A DNA stretch of 50,625 bases from the IMG/VR virus record IMGVR_UViG_3300001918_000035, positions 1-50,625 of that record; one strand, given 5' to 3'. Below are positions 17,776 to 26,759 of the stretch, one piece after another. A model generated the notes under the pieces. It was given only the letters and a program-made list of their open reading frames with translations. It was not told the origin of the DNA and ran no database searches. The translations under genes and the position numbers were made by a program. The DNA is from a virus. Taxonomy: Duplodnaviria; Caudoviricetes. Numbering within the stretch: the first letter of the stretch is position 1; each line of letters starts with the position of its first letter.

Positions 17776-17841
17776 ATTCCGGTGCTGTCGCCCACGTCGT
17801 CATCGATTCGCCTCCAGCCAGCCTTCCCAGACAAGGTCGAG

Positions 17842-18033
17842 ATGTATCGGTTCGTGACGCCGGCACGCTGTGGCGAGTGGCGGGAGTCGCGCCGGCGCGC
17901 GATGCTGGACGCCGCGCGCGCCGGCTTCGGCTCGATCGACGAACACCCCGCCGCCCCGGGCGAGGAGCGCCGAATCTATCTGCACCCGTTCGTGGCGATC
18001 GAAACGACCGTTCTGGCCGAGCAAGCAGCCTGA
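17842..18033 (+). CDS. small hypothetical protein (63 aa, MYRFVTPARCGEW...)
   Basis: AAGG RBS before ATG 17842; downstream of the SOS box. Confidence 0.55.
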   Translation: MYRFVTPARCGEWRESRRRAMLDAARAGFGSIDEHPAAPGEERRIYLHPFVAIETTVLAEQAA

Positions 18034-18196
18034 GATTGGACGCGCGGGGCTTGGAGCGGATACCTCCGCTTCGAGATGCCGCTAAATCGCCGTGGGCACG
18101 ATGCCCACGATAGTTAGAGGCGTCTTGGGTGGTTTCGGTCGGAAGCCGCCGGTTGGCCGCTGGCGGGGCTTAAAATCGGCTTGATCCTGGCACCGC

Positions 18197-18868
18197 TCAC
18201 CATTGCTTGCCGGACCAGACGACGCGACCGAGAACGCGGAGTCGCTCGTCGACTTCGGCCGCCGGCACATCAATTGGCCCATAATCCGGGTTTTTGCTGA
18301 GAATGAGGATCCCGATGGCCGATCTCTGAAGCCGCTTCACCATCAGCTCGCCGTCAAACACGATGACGTACATCGCCTCGGCTCGATATCGCTGGCTCTT
18401 ATCGTACATTACAAGATCGCCGTCGCTGATGTCCGGCAACATGCTCTTCCCGCGAGCAATGACGATCTCGAGGGAGGATAACGAGCCCAACGTCCGAGCG
18501 TAGCTAGCGGGGAAAGGCAGCTCGTCTACGACCGCCGGCTCTGCCCCGGCAGACCGACCATATCCGGCCGAAGCCTCAACCTCGACGATCGGAATATTGA
18601 CTATCGCGTCCCGGAGGTCGCTCGCCGATTGACCTCCCGTCAACAGGAAATCGACACTGACCCCGACTTCGGCTGCGATCGCGGCGAGCCTAGCTGCGCC
18701 GATCCCTTGGCCGGTCCGCAGGACGTTGTTCAGGTTCTGCCGGCTGATTCCTAAGCGACGCGCGATCTCAGCCTGACCGCCCGCTTTCTTCACAGCCGTG
18801 GCAAGCCGTTCCCGAGCCTCGTCGGATAGCCCTTTCGCTTCCGAGCGAGACTTACTTGACATGTCCAC
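18197..18868 (-). CDS. CI/LexA-like prophage repressor (XRE HTH + S24 peptidase)
   Basis: HTH GQAEIARRLGISRQNLNN; ASAGYG cleavage site; GKSM (Ser) and VKRL (Lys); divergent from ner; start may be 18862. Confidence 0.92.
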   Translation of the reverse strand: MDMSSKSRSEAKGLSDEARERLATAVKKAGGQAEIARRLGISRQNLNNVLRTGQGIGAARLAAIAAEVGVSVDFLLTGGQSASDLRDAIVNIPIVEVEASAGYGRSAGAEPAVVDELPFPASYARTLGSLSSLEIVIARGKSMLPDISDGDLVMYDKSQRYRAEAMYVIVFDGELMVKRLQRSAIGILILSKNPDYGPIDVPAAEVDERLRVLGRVVWSGKQW

Positions 18869-18902
18869 TTTGCTTGTCCATTGAAATGCGACACATCGTC
18901 AA
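18856..18902. promoter_or_regulatory. immunity switch: opposed promoters between repressor and ner
   Basis: TTGACA at 18856-18861 (+), TTGACG at 18902-18897 (-), TGTCCA direct repeat between them. Confidence 0.5.
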
Positions 18903-18914
18903 GGAGCTGTCGCG

Positions 18915-19196
18915 TTGGCGCAGGACTGGCACCCGGAGGACATCAAGGCGGAGGTTCGCAAGCGCGGGATGACGCTCGCCGAGATCGGCCGCCTCAACGG
19001 CTTGTCTCGTCAGACGATGGCACATGCGCTGGTCCAGCCGAGTGCTGCTGCGGAGCGGGTGATCGCCGATGCGATCGGGATCGCTGCTCATCATATCTGG
19101 CCCTCCCGCTACCACCCGGACGGGAGCCGCAAGCGTCCGCAGCCTCCCGTCAATTATCACCGTATGCCGCGCTTCGTCGCAGAGGCGGCCGCGTGA
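18915..19196 (+). CDS. ner: Ner/Nlp family transcriptional regulator
   Basis: DWHPEDIKAEVRKRGMTL...AERVIADAIG...IWPSRY; TTG start with AAGGAG RBS. Confidence 0.92.
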   Translation: MAQDWHPEDIKAEVRKRGMTLAEIGRLNGLSRQTMAHALVQPSAAAERVIADAIGIAAHHIWPSRYHPDGSRKRPQPPVNYHRMPRFVAEAAA

Positions 19197-19297
19197 GCCT
19201 CACCTACCAGCATATTTCCCGCGTTTTCCACCTGCAAATGTGGACAGTCCGCGACGCCGTCTCGCTCTGGGACTGCGGTGAAGGCGCGCGACGCTGA
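19193..19297 (+). CDS. possible 34-aa peptide coupling ner to transposase
   Basis: GTGA overlap with the ner stop and TGATG overlap with the transposase start. Confidence 0.35.
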   Translation: MSLTYQHISRVFHLQMWTVRDAVSLWDCGEGARR

Positions 19298-21099
19298 TGC
19301 GGGCCGGGGGGACGCATCTCAGCGCAGGCGATCTGGCCCAGCTGGAGCTTGACGGGCTGCCGTCGACGAAGCGCGGTGTCGCTCTGCTGGCGGACCGGGA
19401 GGGCTGGTCCTGGACGGATCAACCCGGCAATGGCGGCTTGACGCGTCTCTACGCGATCGCCGACCTGCCGGTTCTCGCTCGCCGCGATCTCGCCGCCCGC
19501 TGGGCGGACCAGGCGCCGAGCAGCTTGCGCGGACGCGGGCGGCCGAAGGGCACGGACTTCTTCACGCGCCACCCCGATGTGGCCAGCGCGGTCGAGGCGA
19601 TCCTTGCCGAGCGGCAGCTGTCCGTTCCTCGCATTCTCGAGCTTCTGGAAACCCGGTTCGACGAGCTGCCGTCGCTCCGCACGCTGCGGCGGTTCGTGAC
19701 CACGGTCGAGCGCGCTAAGCCTGCTCTGCTGGCCTCCACGCGCGATCCGGACGCCTACAAGAGCCGCTTCCGCGTCTCACTTGGCCGCGCCGATGGCGGC
19801 GTCACCCATGCCCACCAGGTGTGGGAGCTGGACACCACCAAGGCGGACGTCATGACCAGGGGCGGCCGCCGCATGGTCCTGGGCGTGATCGACCGTTGGT
19901 CGCGTCGTGCGCGCTTCCTGGTGGCGCCGTCGGAGAGCGGGCAATCCGTCCGGCGCTTGCTGATCGACACGATCCGCGGCTGGGGCGTGCTGCCGGAGGC
20001 GGTCGCGACCGACAACGGTGCCGGCTATATCAATGCCTCGATCAAGACGGCGCTCGAGGCGCTCGGGATCGAGCACCGGATCTGCCCGCCGGGAAGCCCG
20101 GAAAAGAAGCCGTTCGTGGAGCGGCTGTTCGGGACATTCACCCGCGAACGGGCGGAGCTGCTGCGCGGCTACGCCGGCCACAGCGTCGCCGAAGCGCAGA
20201 AGCTGCGCGCGATCGCCCGCAAGCAGACCGGCCGGGCCGTGATCGTGCCGGAGCTTGAGGCCGACGAGCTGCAGGCGATTCTCGATGCTTGGGTAGATGG
20301 CGTCTACCACCAGCGGGAGCACAGCGCCCTCCGGATGACGCCGATGGCCAAGTGGCTGTCCTCCCCGACGCGGGCAGCAGCTGCGCCCGCCGAGGATGTG
20401 CTGAAGGTCGCGCTCTCCGCCTATGTCGGGACGCACAAGGTCGGGAAGCGCGGCTTGGTGTGGCGAGGCGGACGCTATTGGGCCGCGGAGCTGGCGCCGT
20501 TCGTCGGCCGGCCGGTCACCGTTCGCCGGGACGAAGAAGATCTCGGGGCGCTGTTTGCCTTCGACGAGAACGGCCGTTTCATCGGCACGGCAGTCAATGC
20601 CGAACGGGCTGGGTTGTCCGAAGAGCTGTTCGCTAGGGAGGCGCGGCGCCAGCAGGCCGATTGGATGAAGGCGGCGCGCGCGGAGCTGCGCGACCGCCAG
20701 CGTGATTTCTCGATCGAGAAGGCCAAGGACCAGCTGCTGCGCCGCGACGCCGAGCGCGCAGGCAGGCTCACCGCCCTGCCGCTTCCGACCACGGAACGGG
20801 CAACCGCCACCATGCTCAGTATCGCTCTGGCGCCGGCGCCATCGATGCCGACACCTGAGCGCCTGGCGGACGCCGTTCGCCGTTCCGCGCCTGGCCCACG
20901 CTTGGAGAGCCTCGCCGATCGGATCGCCCGCGTCGACGCTGTCATCGCCGCCGCCGATCGCGGCGAGGCGGTCGATCCCGACGAGCTGCGCCGCGCAAGG
21001 CTCTACGCCACCTCAACGGAATACCGCGCCGAGAAGCTGACGGCAGCGGTCTTCCGGCCCCGAACAACCGCCCCGATCCCCGGCCGCAAGGTCGGCTGA
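19297..21099 (+). CDS. Mu-type DDE transposase (MuA-like)
   Basis: N-terminal Mu HTH (GLPSTKRG...REGW); WELDTT, TDNGAGY, KPFVERLF catalytic motifs; Mu-transposase C-terminal region. Confidence 0.95.
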   Translation: MRAGGTHLSAGDLAQLELDGLPSTKRGVALLADREGWSWTDQPGNGGLTRLYAIADLPVLARRDLAARWADQAPSSLRGRGRPKGTDFFTRHPDVASAVEAILAERQLSVPRILELLETRFDELPSLRTLRRFVTTVERAKPALLASTRDPDAYKSRFRVSLGRADGGVTHAHQVWELDTTKADVMTRGGRRMVLGVIDRWSRRARFLVAPSESGQSVRRLLIDTIRGWGVLPEAVATDNGAGYINASIKTALEALGIEHRICPPGSPEKKPFVERLFGTFTRERAELLRGYAGHSVAEAQKLRAIARKQTGRAVIVPELEADELQAILDAWVDGVYHQREHSALRMTPMAKWLSSPTRAAAAPAEDVLKVALSAYVGTHKVGKRGLVWRGGRYWAAELAPFVGRPVTVRRDEEDLGALFAFDENGRFIGTAVNAERAGLSEELFAREARRQQADWMKAARAELRDRQRDFSIEKAKDQLLRRDAERAGRLTALPLPTTERATATMLSIALAPAPSMPTPERLADAVRRSAPGPRLESLADRIARVDAVIAAADRGEAVDPDELRRARLYATSTEYRAEKLTAAVFRPRTTAPIPGRKVG

Positions 21100-21119
21100 C
21101 CACCGAAGGAGGACTGCCT

Positions 21120-21881
21120 GTGACCCAAGCTTTCGAACCTCAGCTGGAGCTGGAGCCGGCGCGGCCGGTCCATGCGCAGCTGACCAACATGAGCCTCGCG
21201 CTGCGCACGCTGCTCGATTGCCAGGAGGCGCCCGAGGGGAGCCCGCGCCTCGGCCTGTTCTATGGGCCATCCGGCTACGGCAAGAGTGTGGCCGCTGCCT
21301 TCTGCGCCGGCCGGTTCGAGGCCGCGTTCATCGAAGCGAAGTCGGTCTGGGCTCAGCGCTCGATCCTCGAGGCGATCGCCCGCGAACTGGGCGTAAGCCG
21401 GCTGGAGCGGACCAACCCCAAGATCCTCCAGCAGATCATCGACGCGCTCCGGCACGAGCCCCGCGCGCTGATCATCGACGAGATGGATCACCTGGTGAAG
21501 AAGCAGTCCGTCGAGGTGATCCGCGACATCCACGACGGCGCGGGCGTGCCGATCATGATGATCGGCGAAGAGGCGCTGCCGGCGAAGCTCAAGGAATGGG
21601 AGCGGTTCGACAACCGCATCCTGGTCGCCACCGCTGCTCAGCCGGCAAGCTTCGACGACGGTCGCAAACTGCGCGATCATTACTGCAACCGGGTGTCGAT
21701 CGCCGACGATCTCGTCGCGCTGTTCGTCGAGCGCACGAAGGGCGTCACTCGCCGGGTCGTGACCAATCTCCAGCAGGCGCAGCGCCTGGCGCTCGAGGAG
21801 GGCGCAGACGCGATCGACTGCGATTGGTGGGGACGCCGCCCGGTGCTGACCGGCGAAGTCGCGCTGCGGCGGGCAGCGTGA
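21120..21881 (+). CDS. MuB-like AAA+ transposition ATPase
   Basis: Walker A GPSGYGKS, Walker B LIIDEMD, IRDIHD; follows transposase. Confidence 0.93.
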   Translation: MTQAFEPQLELEPARPVHAQLTNMSLALRTLLDCQEAPEGSPRLGLFYGPSGYGKSVAAAFCAGRFEAAFIEAKSVWAQRSILEAIARELGVSRLERTNPKILQQIIDALRHEPRALIIDEMDHLVKKQSVEVIRDIHDGAGVPIMMIGEEALPAKLKEWERFDNRILVATAAQPASFDDGRKLRDHYCNRVSIADDLVALFVERTKGVTRRVVTNLQQAQRLALEEGADAIDCDWWGRRPVLTGEVALRRAA

Positions 21882-22471
21882 TGCAGCCCGGCTCCTCTCC
21901 GATCGCCGAGCCGCTGTGGACGGAGCTGCGCCGCCGGCGCCGCCCCGCAACGATCCGCGAACTCCAGCTCGCCACGGCCACGCGCCGCAGCTCTGTCGTC
22001 CAGCAGATCGGACGCTGGGAGCGGGCCGGGTTCGTCCGCCGAATCCCCGACACGAGGCCGCTTGCAATCGCCATGATCCCGACCGTCGCAAAATTTTCGA
22101 AGCCGCCCCGCGCCGTCTGCTCGGATCGCCCGGGTGCGCATCAGCGCCAACGCATCTGGGCCGCGATGCGGATCCTGAAGCGCTTCGACATTCCCGCCCT
22201 GGAAATCGCCGCACAGGCCAGCCGGCGCGGGGTCGAGACCTATCTGAACGTGCTGCTGCGCGCCGGTTACGCGAAGCGACTCAGCCGCGGCCACCACAAG
22301 CTCGGCACCTGGTCGACCTACCAGCTGGTGCGGGACACCGGGCGGAAATCCCCGGCGGTGTCGAACCGGGCCGGGGCCTGCCGGCTCGTCGATCGAAACG
22401 ACGGGTCCAGCCATGTCCTGAGCGCGGCGGTCTCCCCCTCTGAAGGGGGGGATATTAACCATGTTCGTTAA
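21881..22471 (+). CDS. early protein with tandem winged-HTH-like domains
   Basis: TGATG coupling; QRIWAAMRILKRF...YLNVLLRAGY...YQLVRDTG..P pattern typical after MuB in such phages. Confidence 0.7.
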   Translation: MQPGSSPIAEPLWTELRRRRRPATIRELQLATATRRSSVVQQIGRWERAGFVRRIPDTRPLAIAMIPTVAKFSKPPRAVCSDRPGAHQRQRIWAAMRILKRFDIPALEIAAQASRRGVETYLNVLLRAGYAKRLSRGHHKLGTWSTYQLVRDTGRKSPAVSNRAGACRLVDRNDGSSHVLSAAVSPSEGGDINHVR

Positions 22472-22850
22472 CCATAATTCCTCCGCCACCAACCTTACAA
22501 AGGCCGCCGCTGCCTGGGCGCCCGACATGCCCGAATGGGTCCGGCTGCTGGCGAGCGCCTGTGACGCGACCAACCAGCGCGCTGTGGCCGAGAAGCTGGG
22601 CAAGTCGAGCGGCTATGTCAGCCGCCTCATCAATCGCAGCTATGCCGGCAGCTATGCCGAAGCCGAGGTCCAGGTCCGCGCCGCCTTCGGCCGCGAAGGC
22701 GTGATCTGCCCGGTCTGGGGCGAGGCCATTCCGCTCTCCAGCTGCCTCCGCATCCGGCGGCGCAAGGACCCTCCCGATAACCAGGCGCGCCGCCTCTACG
22801 CGCGCGTCTGCCCGACCTGCCCGAACAACACCGATCGAGAGGAGGCCTGA
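22461..22850 (+). CDS. XRE-like HTH protein with Cys cluster
   Basis: NQRAVAEKLGKSSGYVSRLI; CPVWG...C...CPTCP. Confidence 0.75.
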   Translation: MFVNHNSSATNLTKAAAAWAPDMPEWVRLLASACDATNQRAVAEKLGKSSGYVSRLINRSYAGSYAEAEVQVRAAFGREGVICPVWGEAIPLSSCLRIRRRKDPPDNQARRLYARVCPTCPNNTDREEA

Positions 22851-22851
22851 C

Positions 22852-23106
22852 ATGCCTGTTTCAAGGCTGCTGCGCGGCCGTTGCGACGCCCGGGAAACGG
22901 CCAGGCCCGATGCGCTCGGGCGGCCCTTGAACGCTTACGTCCGGGAATGCCCCGCCTGTGCGGCCACCGGCTTCACCGCCCAGGGCTGGTGCGGCGAGTG
23001 TCGCGGCCTTGGCTGGTACGCCGTCGTTCGCCGGATCGACGTGCTGGCGACCGTCCTGATCGGCAGCGGCGCAGGCGCTGTCGCGATCCTGGTGCTCGCG
23101 CTGTGA
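22852..23106 (+). CDS. hypothetical Zn-ribbon protein with C-terminal hydrophobic helix
   Basis: CPAC..TG...CGECRGLG; GGAGG RBS. Confidence 0.55.
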   Translation: MPVSRLLRGRCDARETARPDALGRPLNAYVRECPACAATGFTAQGWCGECRGLGWYAVVRRIDVLATVLIGSGAGAVAILVLAL

Positions 23107-23318
23107 CCCGCCCCAGCGACGAACGAGGCCTTGTCGCCCTGATCGCCGGCCGGGGCGACGTGATCGTCTACCGGCCGGCCGAGCCCAACCACTGCCCGCG
23201 CTGCGGCCGCGCCAACTGGCTCGTCGGTCGCGTCACGGCGGAGTGCGCCAGCTGCGGGACCGCGCTTCCCCTTGTCCATCCATCCCCGTCCGCATTGCCC
23301 GAAAGGATCGAAGAATGA
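23103..23318 (+). CDS. small Zn-ribbon protein
   Basis: HCPRCG...AECASCG; GTGA/ATGA couplings at both ends. Confidence 0.6.
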   Translation: MTRPSDERGLVALIAGRGDVIVYRPAEPNHCPRCGRANWLVGRVTAECASCGTALPLVHPSPSALPERIEE

Positions 23319-23896
23319 CCGCGAGACCGCGCCGCAAGGCGCCGCGCCTGCAGGCGCCGCAGACGATCGAGGAAGCGACCGCATTGCTGGCCGACTATGC
23401 CGCCTGCCTCACCCAGGCGGAGCAGCTCCGCGCCGATGCCGACGCGTCGATTGCCAAGATCGAAGGCGCCCGCGACGAATTTCTGAAGCCGCTCGAGGAG
23501 CGGATGAAGGACAACTTCCGGCAGCTGCGCGCCTGGTGGGCCGTCGCCGGCGAGGCGATCACCGAGGGCAAGCGCAAGTCGGCCGAAATCGCCGGGTGCG
23601 TTCTGGGCGAGCGCATGACGCCGCCGAAGCTCGCCTTCGCGGCAGGGATGGATGAGGCAGACGCCGTAGACGAGATCCTCGCCAGCGATCTCGACGACGA
23701 GAAGCTGATCGTCACGACGATGAAGCTGATCAAGCCGGTAATCATCCAGCTGCTCAAGGACGAGAACAGCGACGACGCGCGCGAACTGCGAACGCGTGGT
23801 CTGTTCCTGAAGCAGACGACGGAGTTCTTCATCGACCGCGCGGCTCCGAAGCCGCCTGCGACCGAGCAGATCGAGACGGAGGGCGCTGGGCTGTGA
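23315..23896 (+). CDS. gam: Gam-like host-nuclease inhibitor / DNA end-binding protein
   Basis: Long helical N-terminus, GKRKS....G..G.R.TPP.L, Q..EFFI C-terminus; Mu early region. Confidence 0.8.
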   Translation: MTARPRRKAPRLQAPQTIEEATALLADYAACLTQAEQLRADADASIAKIEGARDEFLKPLEERMKDNFRQLRAWWAVAGEAITEGKRKSAEIAGCVLGERMTPPKLAFAAGMDEADAVDEILASDLDDEKLIVTTMKLIKPVIIQLLKDENSDDARELRTRGLFLKQTTEFFIDRAAPKPPATEQIETEGAGL

Positions 23897-24174
23897 GCGG
23901 ATCCTTCCTTCATGAAGCCGACGGCATTCGCGTGCCGGTCATCCATTCGGTGCTTCCAGCCGCCGCCGATCGCCGCCGCCTTTTCTGCGGTATCGCGGCC
24001 GGCGACTGCTCTGGCGGGATCGCCATCACGATCTGGGCCGAAGACGGCACGCAGCTGTCGGTCGAGCTGAACGACGACGCCTTCGATGTCTTCGCGGGCA
24101 TTCTGGCGGCCGCGATCGAGCGCCGCTCCGTTGCCATCCTCGGCAACCGGACGGGCGGGGAGACGATCCAGTGA
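23893..24174 (+). CDS. hypothetical early protein
   Basis: Overlapping start/stop with neighbours. Confidence 0.55.
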   Translation: MSGSFLHEADGIRVPVIHSVLPAAADRRRLFCGIAAGDCSGGIAITIWAEDGTQLSVELNDDAFDVFAGILAAAIERRSVAILGNRTGGETIQ

Positions 24175-24557
24175 CCGATCCTCGTCTCGAAGCTCTGGAG
24201 CAGCGCGTCACCGCGATTGAAGCGCGCCTCGGCGATCCTGCCGCCGAGCGCGCGGCGCGTGAAGCGATCGTACTCCGCATCGTCGATGCGGTTGCCGCTG
24301 TCCGCAACGTGCCGCGCGGAGAAATCCTGGGCGCCGCCCGCGATCACCAGGCGGCCGCCGCGCGCGCGATGATCTGCTGGATCGCCCGGCAGGCGACGAC
24401 GATCAGCATCTATCAGCTTGGCGGGCTGCTCGGCGGTCGCGACCATGCGACCGTCCGGTCGGCCATCGCGCGCGCCGAGCAGCTCCGCGCACGCGACTAT
24501 GAGTTTCGCGAGGCCGCCGATCGCGTCCTGGCTGCGGTTCGAGGGGACGCCGGATGA
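24171..24557 (+). CDS. DnaA C-terminal-like HTH protein
   Basis: EILG..R......AR...CWIAR......QLG..LGGRDHATVRSAI, DnaA domain IV signature. Confidence 0.85.
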   Translation: MTDPRLEALEQRVTAIEARLGDPAAERAAREAIVLRIVDAVAAVRNVPRGEILGAARDHQAAAARAMICWIARQATTISIYQLGGLLGGRDHATVRSAIARAEQLRARDYEFREAADRVLAAVRGDAG

Positions 24558-24856
24558 CGCCGAAACAGCGCCGCGCCCTGGAGTTCATCGGCGGCTTTGT
24601 CGAGACGACTGGGGTCAGCCCTTCCTACGAGGAGATTGCCGAAGGCATCGGAATTCCGCGCTCGAGCAAATCGCGCGTGTTCGCGATCGTCACATCCCTG
24701 ATCGAGCGCGGCTATCTCACCCGCGAAGGCGGCGCGGGACGGCCGCGCTCGCTGAGGCCGACAACAGCGGGCCGCGCGGTCATTCCTCAGGTCAGCCTGG
24801 CCGGCATCCCGACGTCGGCGCTCTATGCCGAGCTCGAGCGCCGCCGCCATGGGTAG
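24554..24856 (+). CDS. stand-alone LexA DNA-binding-domain protein
   Basis: MTPKQRRALEFI......GVSPSYEEIAEGIG..SKSRV...V..L.ERGYL; no peptidase domain. Confidence 0.8.
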   Translation: MTPKQRRALEFIGGFVETTGVSPSYEEIAEGIGIPRSSKSRVFAIVTSLIERGYLTREGGAGRPRSLRPTTAGRAVIPQVSLAGIPTSALYAELERRRHG

Positions 24857-25565
24857 ATCCTTCGCGAGCATCGCCGGTCGAGCGATCCGCACCGCCGAGG
24901 GCAAAGCCGACAGCCGGATAAAGCTGATGGCAGCGGTTCACGCCGCGGCGAAGCGCCACGGGATGGACGACGACGATCGCCGGGAGATGCAGCTGCAGCT
25001 GACCGACAAGCGGTCCATGGCGGACATGACGCTTGCCGATCTGGGGAAGCTCCTCGACCATCTCAACAAGGGCTGGAAGGGGCAGAGCGGCGGCCGCGCC
25101 ACCACGGGCAAGATCCGCGCGCTATGGTGGACGCTCTACTGGCTCGGCGCTGTCGCCGATCCGAGCGACCGCGCCATCGATGGCTTTGTCCGCCGGCAGG
25201 GCGGCCCCGCCAGCCTCCGCTTCGTCGACCATCGGGCGGCGCAGCCGATCATCGAGGCGCTCAAGAGCTGGGCCGCGCGTGAGGGCGTGAAGTGGCCCGC
25301 CGAAGCCGAGCTTGCGGAGATGCAGGCCGGCAATCCGGGGCTCACCATGCCGCTCTTCGAGCGCCACGCGGTCCTGCGCGCGATCGGGCGCAAGCTTACA
25401 GAGCGCGGCGCCCTGCACTTCGCTGGCGAGGTTGCCTACGCCCAGACCGCGCTCGCGCTCGGGCCAAATCATTTCGCCTGGGGCGCCCACGAGCTGGACG
25501 CCGCCATCCGGCTGCTCGGCAAGAAGCATCGCCGGCTGATCAATCCGAGAGGGAGCGTCGAATGA
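24849..25565 (+). CDS. gemA: Mu GemA/gp16-like regulator (DUF1018)
   Basis: HAAAKRHGMDDDDRR...TDKRSMADMT, KIRALWW.L, IIEALKSW..R. Confidence 0.85.
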   Translation: MGRSFASIAGRAIRTAEGKADSRIKLMAAVHAAAKRHGMDDDDRREMQLQLTDKRSMADMTLADLGKLLDHLNKGWKGQSGGRATTGKIRALWWTLYWLGAVADPSDRAIDGFVRRQGGPASLRFVDHRAAQPIIEALKSWAAREGVKWPAEAELAEMQAGNPGLTMPLFERHAVLRAIGRKLTERGALHFAGEVAYAQTALALGPNHFAWGAHELDAAIRLLGKKHRRLINPRGSVE

Positions 25566-26152
25566 GGATTCGCGTCCATATCGCGTTCAAGCCGCACGTC
25601 GTCCTCCCGGTCGGGCTGGCGCGACAGCACATCGTCGCCTGGGATCCGTCGGCGGGGCCGCTGATCGCCCAGCCAGAACCGGCGCCAGAGGGGCGGCGGA
25701 GCTGGAGCCAGGCGGAGCTGCAGCTCCTTCGCAACCTTTATCCGGCGGGCGGCGTCCCGGCCGTGCGGGCCGTCCTGCCAGCGCGGTCCGATCGGTCGAT
25801 CGAGAACAAGGCGGCCCGCCTCAGCCTGAAGCGCCTGGTCGCGAAGCGACACGACGAGCCGGTCCTGCCGGCGCCTTCAGCGACCCCACCGAGGCCGTCT
25901 ACGGCTTCGGCGCCGGCCAGGCCCGCCACTGCGGCGCCTCGCAAGCCAGTGCCGCCCAGCTGGGTCGAGCAGCAGATCGCAAAGCTCCAGGCGGCCAGAA
26001 ACGTGCTGCGCGGCCGAGGCGTCTCCGTCACGCCGAACGGGCGCGATCCGGGCACCAGCGGCTGGTGGGTCTCCGGATTCACGGCAGTGCTGACGTCGGC
26101 AGAGGTGATCGCTTACGCCGAGCAGCTGACTGCACCGACGGCGCCGGCATGA
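25562..26152 (+). CDS. hypothetical protein with Myb/SANT-like repeat
   Basis: WSQAELQLLRNLYP...LPARSDRSIENKAARL. Confidence 0.6.
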   Translation: MRIRVHIAFKPHVVLPVGLARQHIVAWDPSAGPLIAQPEPAPEGRRSWSQAELQLLRNLYPAGGVPAVRAVLPARSDRSIENKAARLSLKRLVAKRHDEPVLPAPSATPPRPSTASAPARPATAAPRKPVPPSWVEQQIAKLQAARNVLRGRGVSVTPNGRDPGTSGWWVSGFTAVLTSAEVIAYAEQLTAPTAPA

Positions 26153-26640
26153 ACGACGATCTTCCCACGATCGACGAGCTGCCGATCCCGGAGGACGTCC
26201 AGATCTCCGACAAATGGTCGGAGCAGATGGTCGAAATGGCGGGTCACATCGGGGCCTATCAGACCCTCCGCCTGCTCGAGCATTATGGCGGGCAGCAGCT
26301 GTCGTTCACAAAGGAGCTGGTCGAAGGCGATCTGGCCGAGCTGCTCGGCGCCGAGGCCGCGCAGATGCTCCGCAAGATTTATCTCGGCGAGCGCGTCCAG
26401 CTGCCGACGGGCAAGAACGCGATCGCCTACGCCAAGCGGCAACCCGTCCTGGCCGCTGTTCGATCGGGGGATCTGACCGGCCAGGACGCGACGAAGATCC
26501 TGAAGACGTCACGGACCTACGTCTCGCACTTGATCAACGACACGCTGGAAGGCACAGGTGTCGTCCCGCCGCCGCAGTTCCGGCGGCGCAGGCGCGGCGA
26601 TCCGCGCCAGATCGAGCTGTTCGAACAACAGCATAGCTGA
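26149..26640 (+). CDS. Mor/C-like late transcription activator
   Basis: HIG...TL.L..HYGGQ..; C-terminal HTH; last gene of the early operon. Confidence 0.65.
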   Translation: MNDDLPTIDELPIPEDVQISDKWSEQMVEMAGHIGAYQTLRLLEHYGGQQLSFTKELVEGDLAELLGAEAAQMLRKIYLGERVQLPTGKNAIAYAKRQPVLAAVRSGDLTGQDATKILKTSRTYVSHLINDTLEGTGVVPPPQFRRRRRGDPRQIELFEQQHS

Positions 26641-26646
26641 GGAGCG

Positions 26647-26662
26647 CTTCCGCCCGCGTAAG
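26647..26662 (+). promoter_or_regulatory. putative late-activator binding site for packaging operon
   Basis: CTTCCGC-CC-GCGTAAG near-perfect 7-2-7 palindrome. Confidence 0.55.
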
Positions 26663-26759
26663 GCGGATTTCTGAGGCGCCACGGGCATCGTCCCTCCACG
26701 TCGTTGGGGGAGGTTGTCCGGGTGCGTATCGTTCATCGCCGCTGGTCGGGGCGTCGGCT

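Noticed and set aside
21218-21880. N-terminal part of ORF 21218..22471
   Set aside because: Alternative frame within the MuB-like gene; real start at 21881
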